A stretch of DNA of 39,582 nucleotides, from the NCBI GenBank assembly GCA_050331235.1, contig JBHJHA010000117.1, forward strand, positions 1 to 39,582, in the 5' to 3' direction. Source of the stretch: Leptolyngbyaceae cyanobacterium (lineage in GTDB: Bacteria > Cyanobacteriota > Cyanobacteriia > Phormidesmidales > Phormidesmidaceae). Under the pieces are notes generated by a model. The model worked only from the letters and a program-made list of their open reading frames with translations, searched no databases and was not told the DNA's origin. Positions 19,061 through 27,597 of the stretch are shown piece after piece; within the stretch, counting starts at the first letter, position 1, and every line of letters starts with the position of its first letter. Both the position numbers and the translations under genes were made by a program.

Positions 19061-20569
19061 CTAGGCTTCAGGAACCGGGATAGTGATATCGACCGGAGTA
19101 ACGGCTTGATCAGGAGACAGAGCCGATAGCGGTGGATCAATCTCCGCCGCATTCCCGACGACTAGAATTACGAGATCATCTGGCTTGAGGTGTTTCTGCG
19201 CCGCTGCTTGGAGCGCTTCCACCGTTGTATTGGCGACGGCTTCGCGAAACTGAAAGACAAAGTCTTGAGGATAACCGTAATATTCGTATCGCACCAAACG
19301 CGAAAGGGTTTGCTCAGGACTTTGAAAATTAAACACAAAGCTGTTTAAGACTGAATCTTGGGCCCTGGTTAGCTCCTCGCTAGAGACCGGTGCTTGACGA
19401 ACTTTGGCGATTTCCTTTTGCACGGATTCAACAAACGACACCGTTGTCTCGGAACGAGTTTGTCCACCGCCGATAAAGATGCCGTCGTAATCATATCGGG
19501 CGGCCCAAAACGCATAAACCACGTAAGCTAAACCCTGACGAGATCGAATTTCGTTGAATAAGCGGCCTCCAAACCCATTGAGCACTTCATTGAGCACCGC
19601 CATTTCCACGTAGTCAGGCGCATCGCGTTGGCCTGCAATATGTCCAATCTGAACATAACTTTGGGAGAGCTGGGGCTGATCAACCAAAAAGACTCCTGAC
19701 TGGGCTTGCTGAGCTACAGGGACGGGGGTTAGCTCAGAAGCCGCACCTGTTTGCCAGTCGCCAAATTTTTCTGCAATGAGGCGTCGCATTTGTGTCGGGT
19801 CAAAATCTCCCGAAATTGCCAAAATCGTTTTATCAGGCTGTACCGAAGCCCGATAAAAATCTTGGATATCATCGATGGAAATATTGTCCAGTGTGCTGTA
19901 CTCGTAGGTTCGGGCATAGGGGCTACTCGCTCCGTACACCAGTTTTCTAAATTCGCGGGAAGCAATGTCATCGGGGTCGTCATTGCGGCGCTCAATCGCC
20001 CCACGATATTGATTTTTCAGAAACTCGACTCGATCCGGCGCAAACACTGGTTGCTGCAATACCTCAGCAAAAATATCAAAAACGGCTTCGAGGTCCTCCG
20101 TGAGCGTATTAAAGCTAGCCGAGCCAGAGTCAATGTCCACTGCTGTTTCGACGGCAGCCGCCCGCTGTTCAAGCGCCAGGTTCAGTGCCTCCGGTGGATA
20201 GTTAGCCGTCCCCCCTAGGCGCATCGCGCCGCCCATGATTTCCCCCAGACCAATCTGAGCATCGCTCACCAAACGCTCACCCGTGCGAAACGTCGCACTC
20301 CCGGTGACTAAAGGCAGCTCATGATCTTCCATGAGATAGACGACAAGTCCATTGGGCAATTCATACCGCTCGTAGTCTGGAATTTGAATATCCCTTAGCG
20401 GTGGAAACTCTAGCTCTGTATAGTGTCGAGGGGTTACTGCCGCCGCTGAACCCGAGGGCCAACCCAAGGCTAATGCAGTAGTTAGGCTGAGCACCCCAAG
20501 CAACCATGGCAACCAACGCAGCCGACGAATAGTTAAAAAAGAAAAACATCCACTCATAGCGGCATTCAT
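19061..20569 (-). CDS. M16B (pitrilysin family) peptidase, non-catalytic partner subunit, with signal peptide
   Basis: LPNGLVVYLMEDHELPLV start of the M16 domain; HxxEH replaced by GEIMGGAM; conserved RLFNEIRSRQGLAY. Exact start uncertain (20575, 20569 or 20557). Confidence 0.88.
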   Translation of the reverse strand: MNAAMSGCFSFLTIRRLRWLPWLLGVLSLTTALALGWPSGSAAAVTPRHYTELEFPPLRDIQIPDYERYELPNGLVVYLMEDHELPLVTGSATFRTGERLVSDAQIGLGEIMGGAMRLGGTANYPPEALNLALEQRAAAVETAVDIDSGSASFNTLTEDLEAVFDIFAEVLQQPVFAPDRVEFLKNQYRGAIERRNDDPDDIASREFRKLVYGASSPYARTYEYSTLDNISIDDIQDFYRASVQPDKTILAISGDFDPTQMRRLIAEKFGDWQTGAASELTPVPVAQQAQSGVFLVDQPQLSQSYVQIGHIAGQRDAPDYVEMAVLNEVLNGFGGRLFNEIRSRQGLAYVVYAFWAARYDYDGIFIGGGQTRSETTVSFVESVQKEIAKVRQAPVSSEELTRAQDSVLNSFVFNFQSPEQTLSRLVRYEYYGYPQDFVFQFREAVANTTVEALQAAAQKHLKPDDLVILVVGNAAEIDPPLSALSPDQAVTPVDITIPVPEA

Positions 20570-20602
20570 ACTCAAAGGAACAAAGTAGTCAGAAGCGATC
20601 GC

Positions 20603-22171
20603 TTACGATTCAGCAGACATGAGCGTACCAGCCGTCCGATTTTCAGGCTGGAAAGTTTCTCTAGCAACCCGCTGCACATCCTCAGCCGTGACAGCTTCGA
20701 TTTCTTGGAGCTCGCTAAAGATGTTACGCCAGGAGCCCGTTTTGGCCTCATACTCAGCTAGCAGCGCCGCCATTCCCGAGTTAGAGTCAAGCTGACGCAA
20801 CAAACCAGCTCGCGCCTGGGTTTTGACCCGATCTAGCTCTTCTTCAGAAACCAACTCGGTTTTCAGGCGATCAAGCTGCTGGTGAATCTCACCAGCTATT
20901 TGCTCAGGGGCAATGCCTGGGGCGGTAATGCCATACAACACCAGCATATTGGGATACTTATCACCCGGGAAGCCGCTAAAACCACCCACGTCTAAAGCAA
21001 TTTGCTGGTCTTCGACCAATTCCTTATAGAGCCGTGATGTCCGTCCTTGCAACAAAACGCCCTCAATTAGACCGTACACCACATGGTCAGGGGCGGTGAT
21101 ACTAGGCCGGTGATAGCCCTCTAGATACCAAGGCTCCGAAGGCAACTCCAGGGTAAAACTTTTGGGAGTTGTCTGGGGGGGCTCTTCGATAGTGACCTCA
21201 GCCGGCAAACTACGGGACTGAAACCGACCAAAATAGGCCTCGGCCATTTGCTGCACTTCAGCCGCTTCGACATCGCCGACGATGACCCCAATCAAGTTAT
21301 TGGGACCGTAGTAAGTATCAAAGAAGTTGCGCACTGAATCGCGAGTCGCCGTGAACAAATCTTCCTGGTAACCAATGACCGGACGACGATAGGGGTGGAC
21401 ATCGAAGGCTTCCTCGAGAAACACTTCGATAAATTTACCGAAAGGAGAGATGTCTACCCGCATCAGTCTTTCTTCAAGAATGACTTCTTTCTCTTCGTAA
21501 AACTCTCGAAAGACGGGCTCGAGAAACCGCTCCGACTCAAGCGACATCCAGAGCTCCAAGCGGTTGGAGGGCAAGCTGTAAAAATAGCGTGTAGCATCTG
21601 AACCGGTGGTAGCGTTCAGACCCACGCCGCCGGCTTGTTCAATAATCTGGCCGTATTTGTTTTGCTCAACGTACTGGGCCGCTTCCTGACGTAGGACTTC
21701 TAATTGGGCCTCTAATTCCAATACTTTGTCAGTTTGCCCGACTTGCTCTGCCACCAAAATTTCATCAAAGACAGCATCCATTGCGTCGATGAGCTCTTTT
21801 TCTGCTACGTAGTTGGTGGTACCGATTTGCTGCGTGCCTTTGAAGGCCAAGTGCTCCAAGTAGTGGGCGATGCCCGTCTCTCCTTCAACTTCATTTACGG
21901 CACCCACGTCGGCATAGAGCATGAAAGAGACGACGGGCGCTTGATGGCGCTCTAGGACAATCCATTTCATGCCGTTATCGAGGGTAAACTCGCTAGCTTG
22001 ATCAGCGACCCGGTCGAGATACGGCTGAATATTTGTCGAGGGCGCTTCTCTCGCGATGACACTGGTGGGCCAGCCGAACAGCGCGGACAACCCTAGCAAA
22101 AGTGAGCAGAGTAGAGCGATCGCTCGCCGTCGAGTAACCATCGGGAAAAAAGGACTCTGGAAAAACGCCAT
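20603..22171 (-). CDS. M16B zinc peptidase, catalytic subunit, with signal peptide
   Basis: Inverted zinc motif GIAHYLEHLAFKGT, LNATTG, EKEVILEER, HPYRRPVIG; N-terminal RRR plus hydrophobic stretch. Confidence 0.93.
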   Translation of the reverse strand: MAFFQSPFFPMVTRRRAIALLCSLLLGLSALFGWPTSVIAREAPSTNIQPYLDRVADQASEFTLDNGMKWIVLERHQAPVVSFMLYADVGAVNEVEGETGIAHYLEHLAFKGTQQIGTTNYVAEKELIDAMDAVFDEILVAEQVGQTDKVLELEAQLEVLRQEAAQYVEQNKYGQIIEQAGGVGLNATTGSDATRYFYSLPSNRLELWMSLESERFLEPVFREFYEEKEVILEERLMRVDISPFGKFIEVFLEEAFDVHPYRRPVIGYQEDLFTATRDSVRNFFDTYYGPNNLIGVIVGDVEAAEVQQMAEAYFGRFQSRSLPAEVTIEEPPQTTPKSFTLELPSEPWYLEGYHRPSITAPDHVVYGLIEGVLLQGRTSRLYKELVEDQQIALDVGGFSGFPGDKYPNMLVLYGITAPGIAPEQIAGEIHQQLDRLKTELVSEEELDRVKTQARAGLLRQLDSNSGMAALLAEYEAKTGSWRNIFSELQEIEAVTAEDVQRVARETFQPENRTAGTLMSAES

Positions 22172-22259
22172 CGAGTTTGCCTATCACCATACTTTCAACA
22201 TTTCAGCACAATGGTCCTCTCACTGGCTGATTTTTTCCTGAAAACAATCCGCTAATTTC

Positions 22260-23377
22260 CTAAACGAGGTATCGCCACTGTTCAAAACTTTGATGCCGGT
22301 GGTGAGTTATTTGCCTTTGAGTCGCTGGGGTCAAGGTCGCAAATTGATTCTTACGATAGCGCTGACGGCCCTGAAGATAATGCTGCAGTTGCTGATCAAA
22401 GAGGGGGGTGTAAGGCAGATCAAACTGCCGATAAATCTTTTGTCCGGTGGCTAAAGGCGCGGCTGCTAAATCAGCAAAGGCAATTTCGCAAAACTGGTTA
22501 GCGGGGATCAGCGATCGCTGTTGAAAATAGGCGTCATACATCAGGCGATAGCGACGTAGGATGGCTTGGTCAAGGGTGCCAAAGTTCGGCGATTGCAAGT
22601 AGGTCAGCCAACCCGCCGTGTGATAGTAATGGCGCATCGACTGAAACACTGCATAGGGATGCCGGTGGATATGGTCAAACCGCGCCTGGGGAAACAGATT
22701 TAGCAGCAAACCAATCCGCGCAGTATGAGGCGGCGATTTCAAAACCAGCGATCGCTGATATTTATAAATCAGCTTTTTGAGGAATCCCACGAACTGTCCC
22801 TGCCAGTGCTGTGACTCGCAAGGCGATAACGCCTCCAAGGTGAGATACCGTTCATATCTCTGCTCAGCAGCTGGAAAGGCCAAGCTGAGGTAGTAGGATT
22901 GGAGCGTCAGCAGCGCGATCGCAAATTCATCTTCCTGGGGAGATTGAAAGCTAATCGGCATGTTGTCCATGGGTCGGCGCTGGGGCACAAGCCCCGCGAG
23001 CCAGCGGCTGCACCACGCTTCAGTCAAGAGAAACGTTTGTGGGTTCATCACTTCATAGGTGTTGGCAAAGGCCCACGGCTCGGTATCCAAGGCCAGCAAC
23101 TCATGGAGCAGCGTTGTGCCACTGCGCCAGTGCCCCAAGACAAAGAGTAGATCTTCCGGCAGGTTGACCTGAGCAACCGCGGCATCATATCGCCATGACT
23201 CTAAGTGACTCAGAGCGATACTTCCTAAACTCGTCAGTGTCATGACGGCAGCCCGGTGCCAATAGACCGGATCAACTCGATAGTGATTTTGCTGTAGCAG
23301 CGATCTAGGGTGAGGCCCATGAAGTAGTTGCCTTTCAGGGTCCAGCGATGGCGTACAGCAGTCCTTGTCGAAAGCAT
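22260..23377 (-). CDS. PAPS-dependent sulfotransferase (Stf3-like), apparently frameshifted near codon 26; possible pseudogene
   Basis: 5'-PSB motif VLGHWRSGTTLLHELL, RPMDNM..SPQEDEFA, LVLKSPPHTARI, HRHPY. The plausible N-terminus (ATG 23377, MLSTRTAVRHRWTLKGNYFMGLTLDR) is in a different frame from the body (LLQQNHYRVDP...). Confidence 0.8.
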
Positions 23378-23432
23378 CGGGATGCAACCTCGTCAGCTCA
23401 CAAAATCGGTGTAGCTTTACCCGTCGTGTTGC

Positions 23433-23981
23433 TCAGTCCCAAGCGCCAGCATTGCGGATGCCGTAGTGATGTCGCAGACTGTCAAGATCTTGATCCATTA
23501 CCGCTTCTGGATTGAGATAGGCATTGATAGGGCGACGAATGCTCAGACCTTGGCGCATGCCAGCGCAGTAAAAGCGCCAAATCGCCACCGGGCCGTATTC
23601 CATATCGGCAGTCCCAACGGTTCGTCCCCAGCACGATCGCCACAGTACTGCTAAGAAGGCACCGATATTTTGCCCGTAGTAGGTCCAGGGTCGCCGCCAG
23701 GTCAGCCCCGTCAGGATGAAGCCGACTAAGCGCATCTCATCTTCTAGAGTCGTGTCGTAACCAGTGACAACATGCATGATGTCGTGACGCTGGAGATCTC
23801 GCCAGGGAATGCGGACGAGGCCCAAATCAAGGTCTTGGTTTTGCACAAAGTCAGGATTTTCGTGGTAGTAGCGCTGTAGGCCGTGGCGCAGGGTAAGTTG
23901 GGTCGGAGTATTCATCGCGGTTGGGTTTTGATTGATCGAGGCTATGAGAGCGATCGCGGTCAACTGCTGCGGCAATTGCAT
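23433..23981 (-). CDS. Coq4-like protein (HDxxH...E metal-binding motif)
   Basis: RHDIMHVVTGYDTTLEDE matches the Coq4 signature HDxxH-x11-E; C-terminal DLDSLRHHYGI resembles the family end. Start is 23981 or 23915. Confidence 0.65.
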   Translation of the reverse strand: MQLPQQLTAIALIASINQNPTAMNTPTQLTLRHGLQRYYHENPDFVQNQDLDLGLVRIPWRDLQRHDIMHVVTGYDTTLEDEMRLVGFILTGLTWRRPWTYYGQNIGAFLAVLWRSCWGRTVGTADMEYGPVAIWRFYCAGMRQGLSIRRPINAYLNPEAVMDQDLDSLRHHYGIRNAGAWD

Positions 23982-23989
23982 GGGTCCAG

Positions 23990-24433
23990 CTAAGGTTTTT
24001 TGCTGCGCTCTGGCAGGGCGGCATCGGTGACGGGGCGGTTCATGAGTCGATGCAGCCCAGCTACATCGCGCGTATTCTTTTGCACCGCGATCGCCCCAAA
24101 CAAACTGAGCAAAAAAGCCATGGCGTAAAAGCCTTTTTCACTGAGCTCCCAGGTCGCATTCCACAGCCCAATAAGGAGGAGCGAAATGCACATGATGGTA
24201 GATAGCCAAGAAATGCCGTAATACAGGTCAGTAACTGGAATGTTTTCGCTGCGATCGCGCACACTCTTTTGTACCGAGACGGCCGCATAGAGGCCATACA
24301 TCAGCACTGTGAAATAGAATCCTTTTTCGGCGAGGCCCATCGAAGACTTCCACAAGCCCGTGAGAAATGCTGCCATGCCAATGGACAAAGCACAGTAAGA
24401 CGCACCGATAAAAGCGGGAGTCGGTTTAGCCAT
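23990..24433 (-). CDS. yiaA: YiaA-like inner membrane protein (2x YiaAB two-helix domain)
   Basis: KPTPAFIGAS start and duplicated GLW(K/N)...EKGFY...(A/S)VQK..RD motifs; GGAG 10 nt upstream of ATG 24433 (alternative ATG 24442). Confidence 0.85.
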   Translation of the reverse strand: MAKPTPAFIGASYCALSIGMAAFLTGLWKSSMGLAEKGFYFTVLMYGLYAAVSVQKSVRDRSENIPVTDLYYGISWLSTIMCISLLLIGLWNATWELSEKGFYAMAFLLSLFGAIAVQKNTRDVAGLHRLMNRPVTDAALPERSKKP

Positions 24434-24670
24434 GGTGAACATGCTCCAGATCGTGAGTGATATCGAACAGTAGATTAGTCAGATCGAACGGTGACAGTGA
24501 CTTCAGTAGTTCGGGTGAGATCTCAGAATCGGCTGAGTCCCACACCTGCCAACTGCTGTCGCCGCTACTTGCGAGAAAACTGGATTTGAGAAGCAACCGA
24601 GCCAGACGCCCAGTAAGCGACAATAACAAGGAATTGCTGCTGCGAACTAATCGCCGCAGTCTGCGTTTTG

Positions 24671-25573
24671 TTAGGACGAATGGCGGGCAGCAACTGGCGG
24701 GGTAGTGGTCGGTTTCGCCGCCGCCGCCAGCTCTAAGTAGCGGTGAAGATATTCCGACAGGACACCATGCAACAGCAGATCGCGGGCCGCCGCAAAAGGG
24801 CTGTTGGGAGCCAGCGGATGGCGATTGGTCACCACGTGGTTCCACCGATAGTCGTCGGTCAACTGGCTGAAATATTGAGCAAAGCTTTCGTCAAACTGTA
24901 AAGAGAGCACCGCCCGCTGAAACTCACGACTCGTCACGCACAGGGAGTAGCAAATTTTGAAAAGCTCTAGGGCGGATTCCATATCCAGCACCTGTAACCA
25001 GCCGCGACGCGACATATCAACCTCCACGACCAAAGGGCGCACGCTACGAAAGTCGATGCCACGTCGGTGAACAGTCGCTAGCCAGTCAGGGTTTTGTCGC
25101 TGGGCTGCGTGATAGTCCAGCACAAAGTTATAGAGGATGATGTCATGTTCTAAAAAGGCGTTATCGGCCAGATCGTCGACGGTGCGGGGATAGAGCGTCG
25201 AGTGCGGCAGGCTAGGGTCAGGACCGTTGTCAATTAAAAAATTGACAATATTGGAACCAATGCCCAAGTGTCGCACGATCAAATAGCAGGCTTCGGGGGT
25301 GGCAAACGTTTTGAGAAACCATACGGCTAGGCGATGCATCAGCCAGTAGGAGCGAAACTGAAAAGGCAGTAAGCGCTTGACCGTCATGATTGCGGCCATC
25401 CCTAGATTGGCAAACACTTTAATCGGCAGCAACAAATAGTTGCGTGACCAGCCTTGGAGATCTTTGACCATGTAAGCTTTGGCCACGGGGTCAACAGGAA
25501 TGCCGCCATCGACATACACAGCATCCCAATGATTGGGATCTTGGCGATCGCGGTCTGCGGGTATGTAAGTCAT
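24671..25573 (-). CDS. Conserved hypothetical protein (DUF6999-like) found with DarB-type ketosynthases
   Basis: DPNHWDAVYVD, WSRNYLL, PEACYLIVRH, FLEHDIILYNF, SLQFDE, HGVLSEYLH resemble the DUF6999 family as I recall it. ATG overlaps the upstream stop (TGATG) and has GAGGAG upstream. Confidence 0.7.
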   Translation of the reverse strand: MTYIPADRDRQDPNHWDAVYVDGGIPVDPVAKAYMVKDLQGWSRNYLLLPIKVFANLGMAAIMTVKRLLPFQFRSYWLMHRLAVWFLKTFATPEACYLIVRHLGIGSNIVNFLIDNGPDPSLPHSTLYPRTVDDLADNAFLEHDIILYNFVLDYHAAQRQNPDWLATVHRRGIDFRSVRPLVVEVDMSRRGWLQVLDMESALELFKICYSLCVTSREFQRAVLSLQFDESFAQYFSQLTDDYRWNHVVTNRHPLAPNSPFAAARDLLLHGVLSEYLHRYLELAAAAKPTTTPPVAARHSS

Positions 25574-27597
25574 CAAGCAATCTCCTCTAGTTGAAGACGA
25601 TATAAGCGCGCTGTTACTTGCGCTGTTTTAACCATGCGGGCAGCTATGTCCGGGGTCAGCCAGTCCGCCTGCAAAAAGGCATCCAGCTTTTTGACATGGG
25701 CCTCATCGTTTTCGCCGTGGTAGCTCAAAAAGGAAACCTGTGATTTTTCCAGGGATAGGGTTTGACGGATCTGCTCTGCCCATTGAGCCGCTAGACGGTT
25801 TCCCAGGCCCTCGACGATGAAGATGCTGCCCAGTAAATCAATAGGGTTGGTTTGGGAGGCTCGGTGAAAGATAAAGGCTGATAAAGCTTCAGAGCCAATA
25901 TTTTGCTCAGCATGGAGAATGTCCTCAAGCTGTCCCCCAACCGCCACATAGTCACGCTCTAACATTTGAAAGTCACGGTGCTCATCGCGGGCATGGGAAA
26001 TCAGCTGCGATCGCAGCTCAAAGTCAGTCATGTTAGACGCAGCGCGGGTAATCCACCTCGCCCCATCCACCACCTGTGGTCGGAGATTGCGCAACAGCGC
26101 TTGGTAATCTTCGCGGGTAAAGGTGCCGTTGTGCAGCCGATTGACAATGGGCACTGATCGCAGTTCGCGTTCAAAGGTCAGCCAAACCAGCATGAGTTGA
26201 CGCAATAGCTCTGCCGACACGTCACCGGCCTCGCCGCTATCAGCTTGGACTAAGCTATTTTGCTGTTGAAGCGGGTTCGCGGAGCTGTCCCCGGATGTTG
26301 CTGCCGCTTGATCAGTTGGCCCAATCGCGTCAGCAATCGCCCATTCCTCACCATTGCTGTCCGTTTGAGCCAAAGGATTCTTGACTACGCGAACTGAGCT
26401 GTCATCCGGTTGCAAACAAGGCCGAGAGCTCACGTCCGCCTCAACCACTGTCAGCAGCATGTAAGCGGTGGTAAATCGACCACTCTCTGGAACAAAGCAA
26501 AAGAGTTTTTGGCCCGGCTGTAGCTTGCCAGAGCTAAACAGTTCCTCAAGCATGAGATAAATCGAAGCACAGCCGGTGTTGCCTCGGGTATAGAGGTTGG
26601 TAAACCATTTCTCTTCCGAAATCATGCAGCCTGCTCTTTCCAGCAGATCGATAATTTGGCTTCTAAAAAAGTGGGAAGAGTAGTGGCACAGTAGCCAATC
26701 CACGTCGTCAGGGTTCACTCGCCCAGCTTCGATGAGCCGGAGCCAGCCCTCCACACCCAACTGCACTACTTTGTCCAACAGGCGAATATTTTGACGCAGA
26801 TTAATCGTTCCCTGTGTCGCCGCGATCGCCTGGGACGGATAGTCCATCCAACTTTGCAGGGAGGTCGGATCGTCTACCCCGGCATACATACACACCGGAT
26901 GGGCATTCGCGTGGGAAACCGACTCAATCCACTCAATTTTGAGGCTTACACCGTGGGCAGCGGGGCGATCGCTGACTAAGCAGGCCCCGGCTCCATCCGA
27001 CAGCATCCAACGCAAAAACTCTGTATCAAATGGGAGCGCATCGCCGGCTTGAGTCGACGACTCTGCTTCAAAGCGGGTGTGCTTAAACAAGCGTGAAGCT
27101 AGCTCCGAAGCCACAGCCACAGCCTGTTGTTTGTGTCCCAACTGGACCTGGGAGGCTGCATATTTCAGGGCGGCAACACCGGCACAACATACCCCCTGAT
27201 GCGATGTGGTCTCAATAGGGGCCAATTCAGGGAGTTCTCCATGCACCATACTGGCAAAGCCTGGCACCAATAGGTCAGGCCAAGTTGTCCCGCAGGCTAA
27301 CAAATCCACCGCGCGGGGATTAAGTCCCGACTGCTGTAAAACGTCACGGACCGCTGCTGCCGCCATTTGACTATTGCTAATGGTGGTCTGCTGCTGTTGA
27401 TCCAGCGCGTAGTACCGCTGTTGAATGCCATTGCTTTTGAGGATGCGAGTTCGGACCCGAGAGGCGCGATTGTGGACTCGTCCCAAATAGGTCTCCATGT
27501 CGTCATTGCCAATGGGCTGGCCCGGTAAATGTTTGCCGACGTAGGTGATATATGCGGCGTTGACTGGTGGGTAAGGAGTAAGAGCACTAGACTGCAT
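25573..27597 (-). CDS. DarB/StlD-type beta-ketoacyl synthase III fused to a C-terminal heme-oxygenase-like (TenA/PqqC/CADD superfamily) diiron domain, 674 aa
   Basis: KSIII triad contexts QGVCCAG, CHYSS, GNTG plus DarB-type FLRWMLSDGAGA and VPESGRF; ~70 aa linker; helical domain with QVVDG, HARDEHRD, IVEGLG, YHGENDEAH. Start ATG 27597 with AGGAGG RBS. Confidence 0.88.
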   Translation of the reverse strand: MQSSALTPYPPVNAAYITYVGKHLPGQPIGNDDMETYLGRVHNRASRVRTRILKSNGIQQRYYALDQQQQTTISNSQMAAAAVRDVLQQSGLNPRAVDLLACGTTWPDLLVPGFASMVHGELPELAPIETTSHQGVCCAGVAALKYAASQVQLGHKQQAVAVASELASRLFKHTRFEAESSTQAGDALPFDTEFLRWMLSDGAGACLVSDRPAAHGVSLKIEWIESVSHANAHPVCMYAGVDDPTSLQSWMDYPSQAIAATQGTINLRQNIRLLDKVVQLGVEGWLRLIEAGRVNPDDVDWLLCHYSSHFFRSQIIDLLERAGCMISEEKWFTNLYTRGNTGCASIYLMLEELFSSGKLQPGQKLFCFVPESGRFTTAYMLLTVVEADVSSRPCLQPDDSSVRVVKNPLAQTDSNGEEWAIADAIGPTDQAAATSGDSSANPLQQQNSLVQADSGEAGDVSAELLRQLMLVWLTFERELRSVPIVNRLHNGTFTREDYQALLRNLRPQVVDGARWITRAASNMTDFELRSQLISHARDEHRDFQMLERDYVAVGGQLEDILHAEQNIGSEALSAFIFHRASQTNPIDLLGSIFIVEGLGNRLAAQWAEQIRQTLSLEKSQVSFLSYHGENDEAHVKKLDAFLQADWLTPDIAARMVKTAQVTARLYRLQLEEIA

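Noticed and set aside
24426..24845. 139 aa minus-strand ORF as a possible ACP for the cluster
   Set aside because: Overlaps the DUF6999-like gene out of frame, has no ATG in the gap, and the ADSE sequence lacks the G-x-D-S-L helix context of an ACP.
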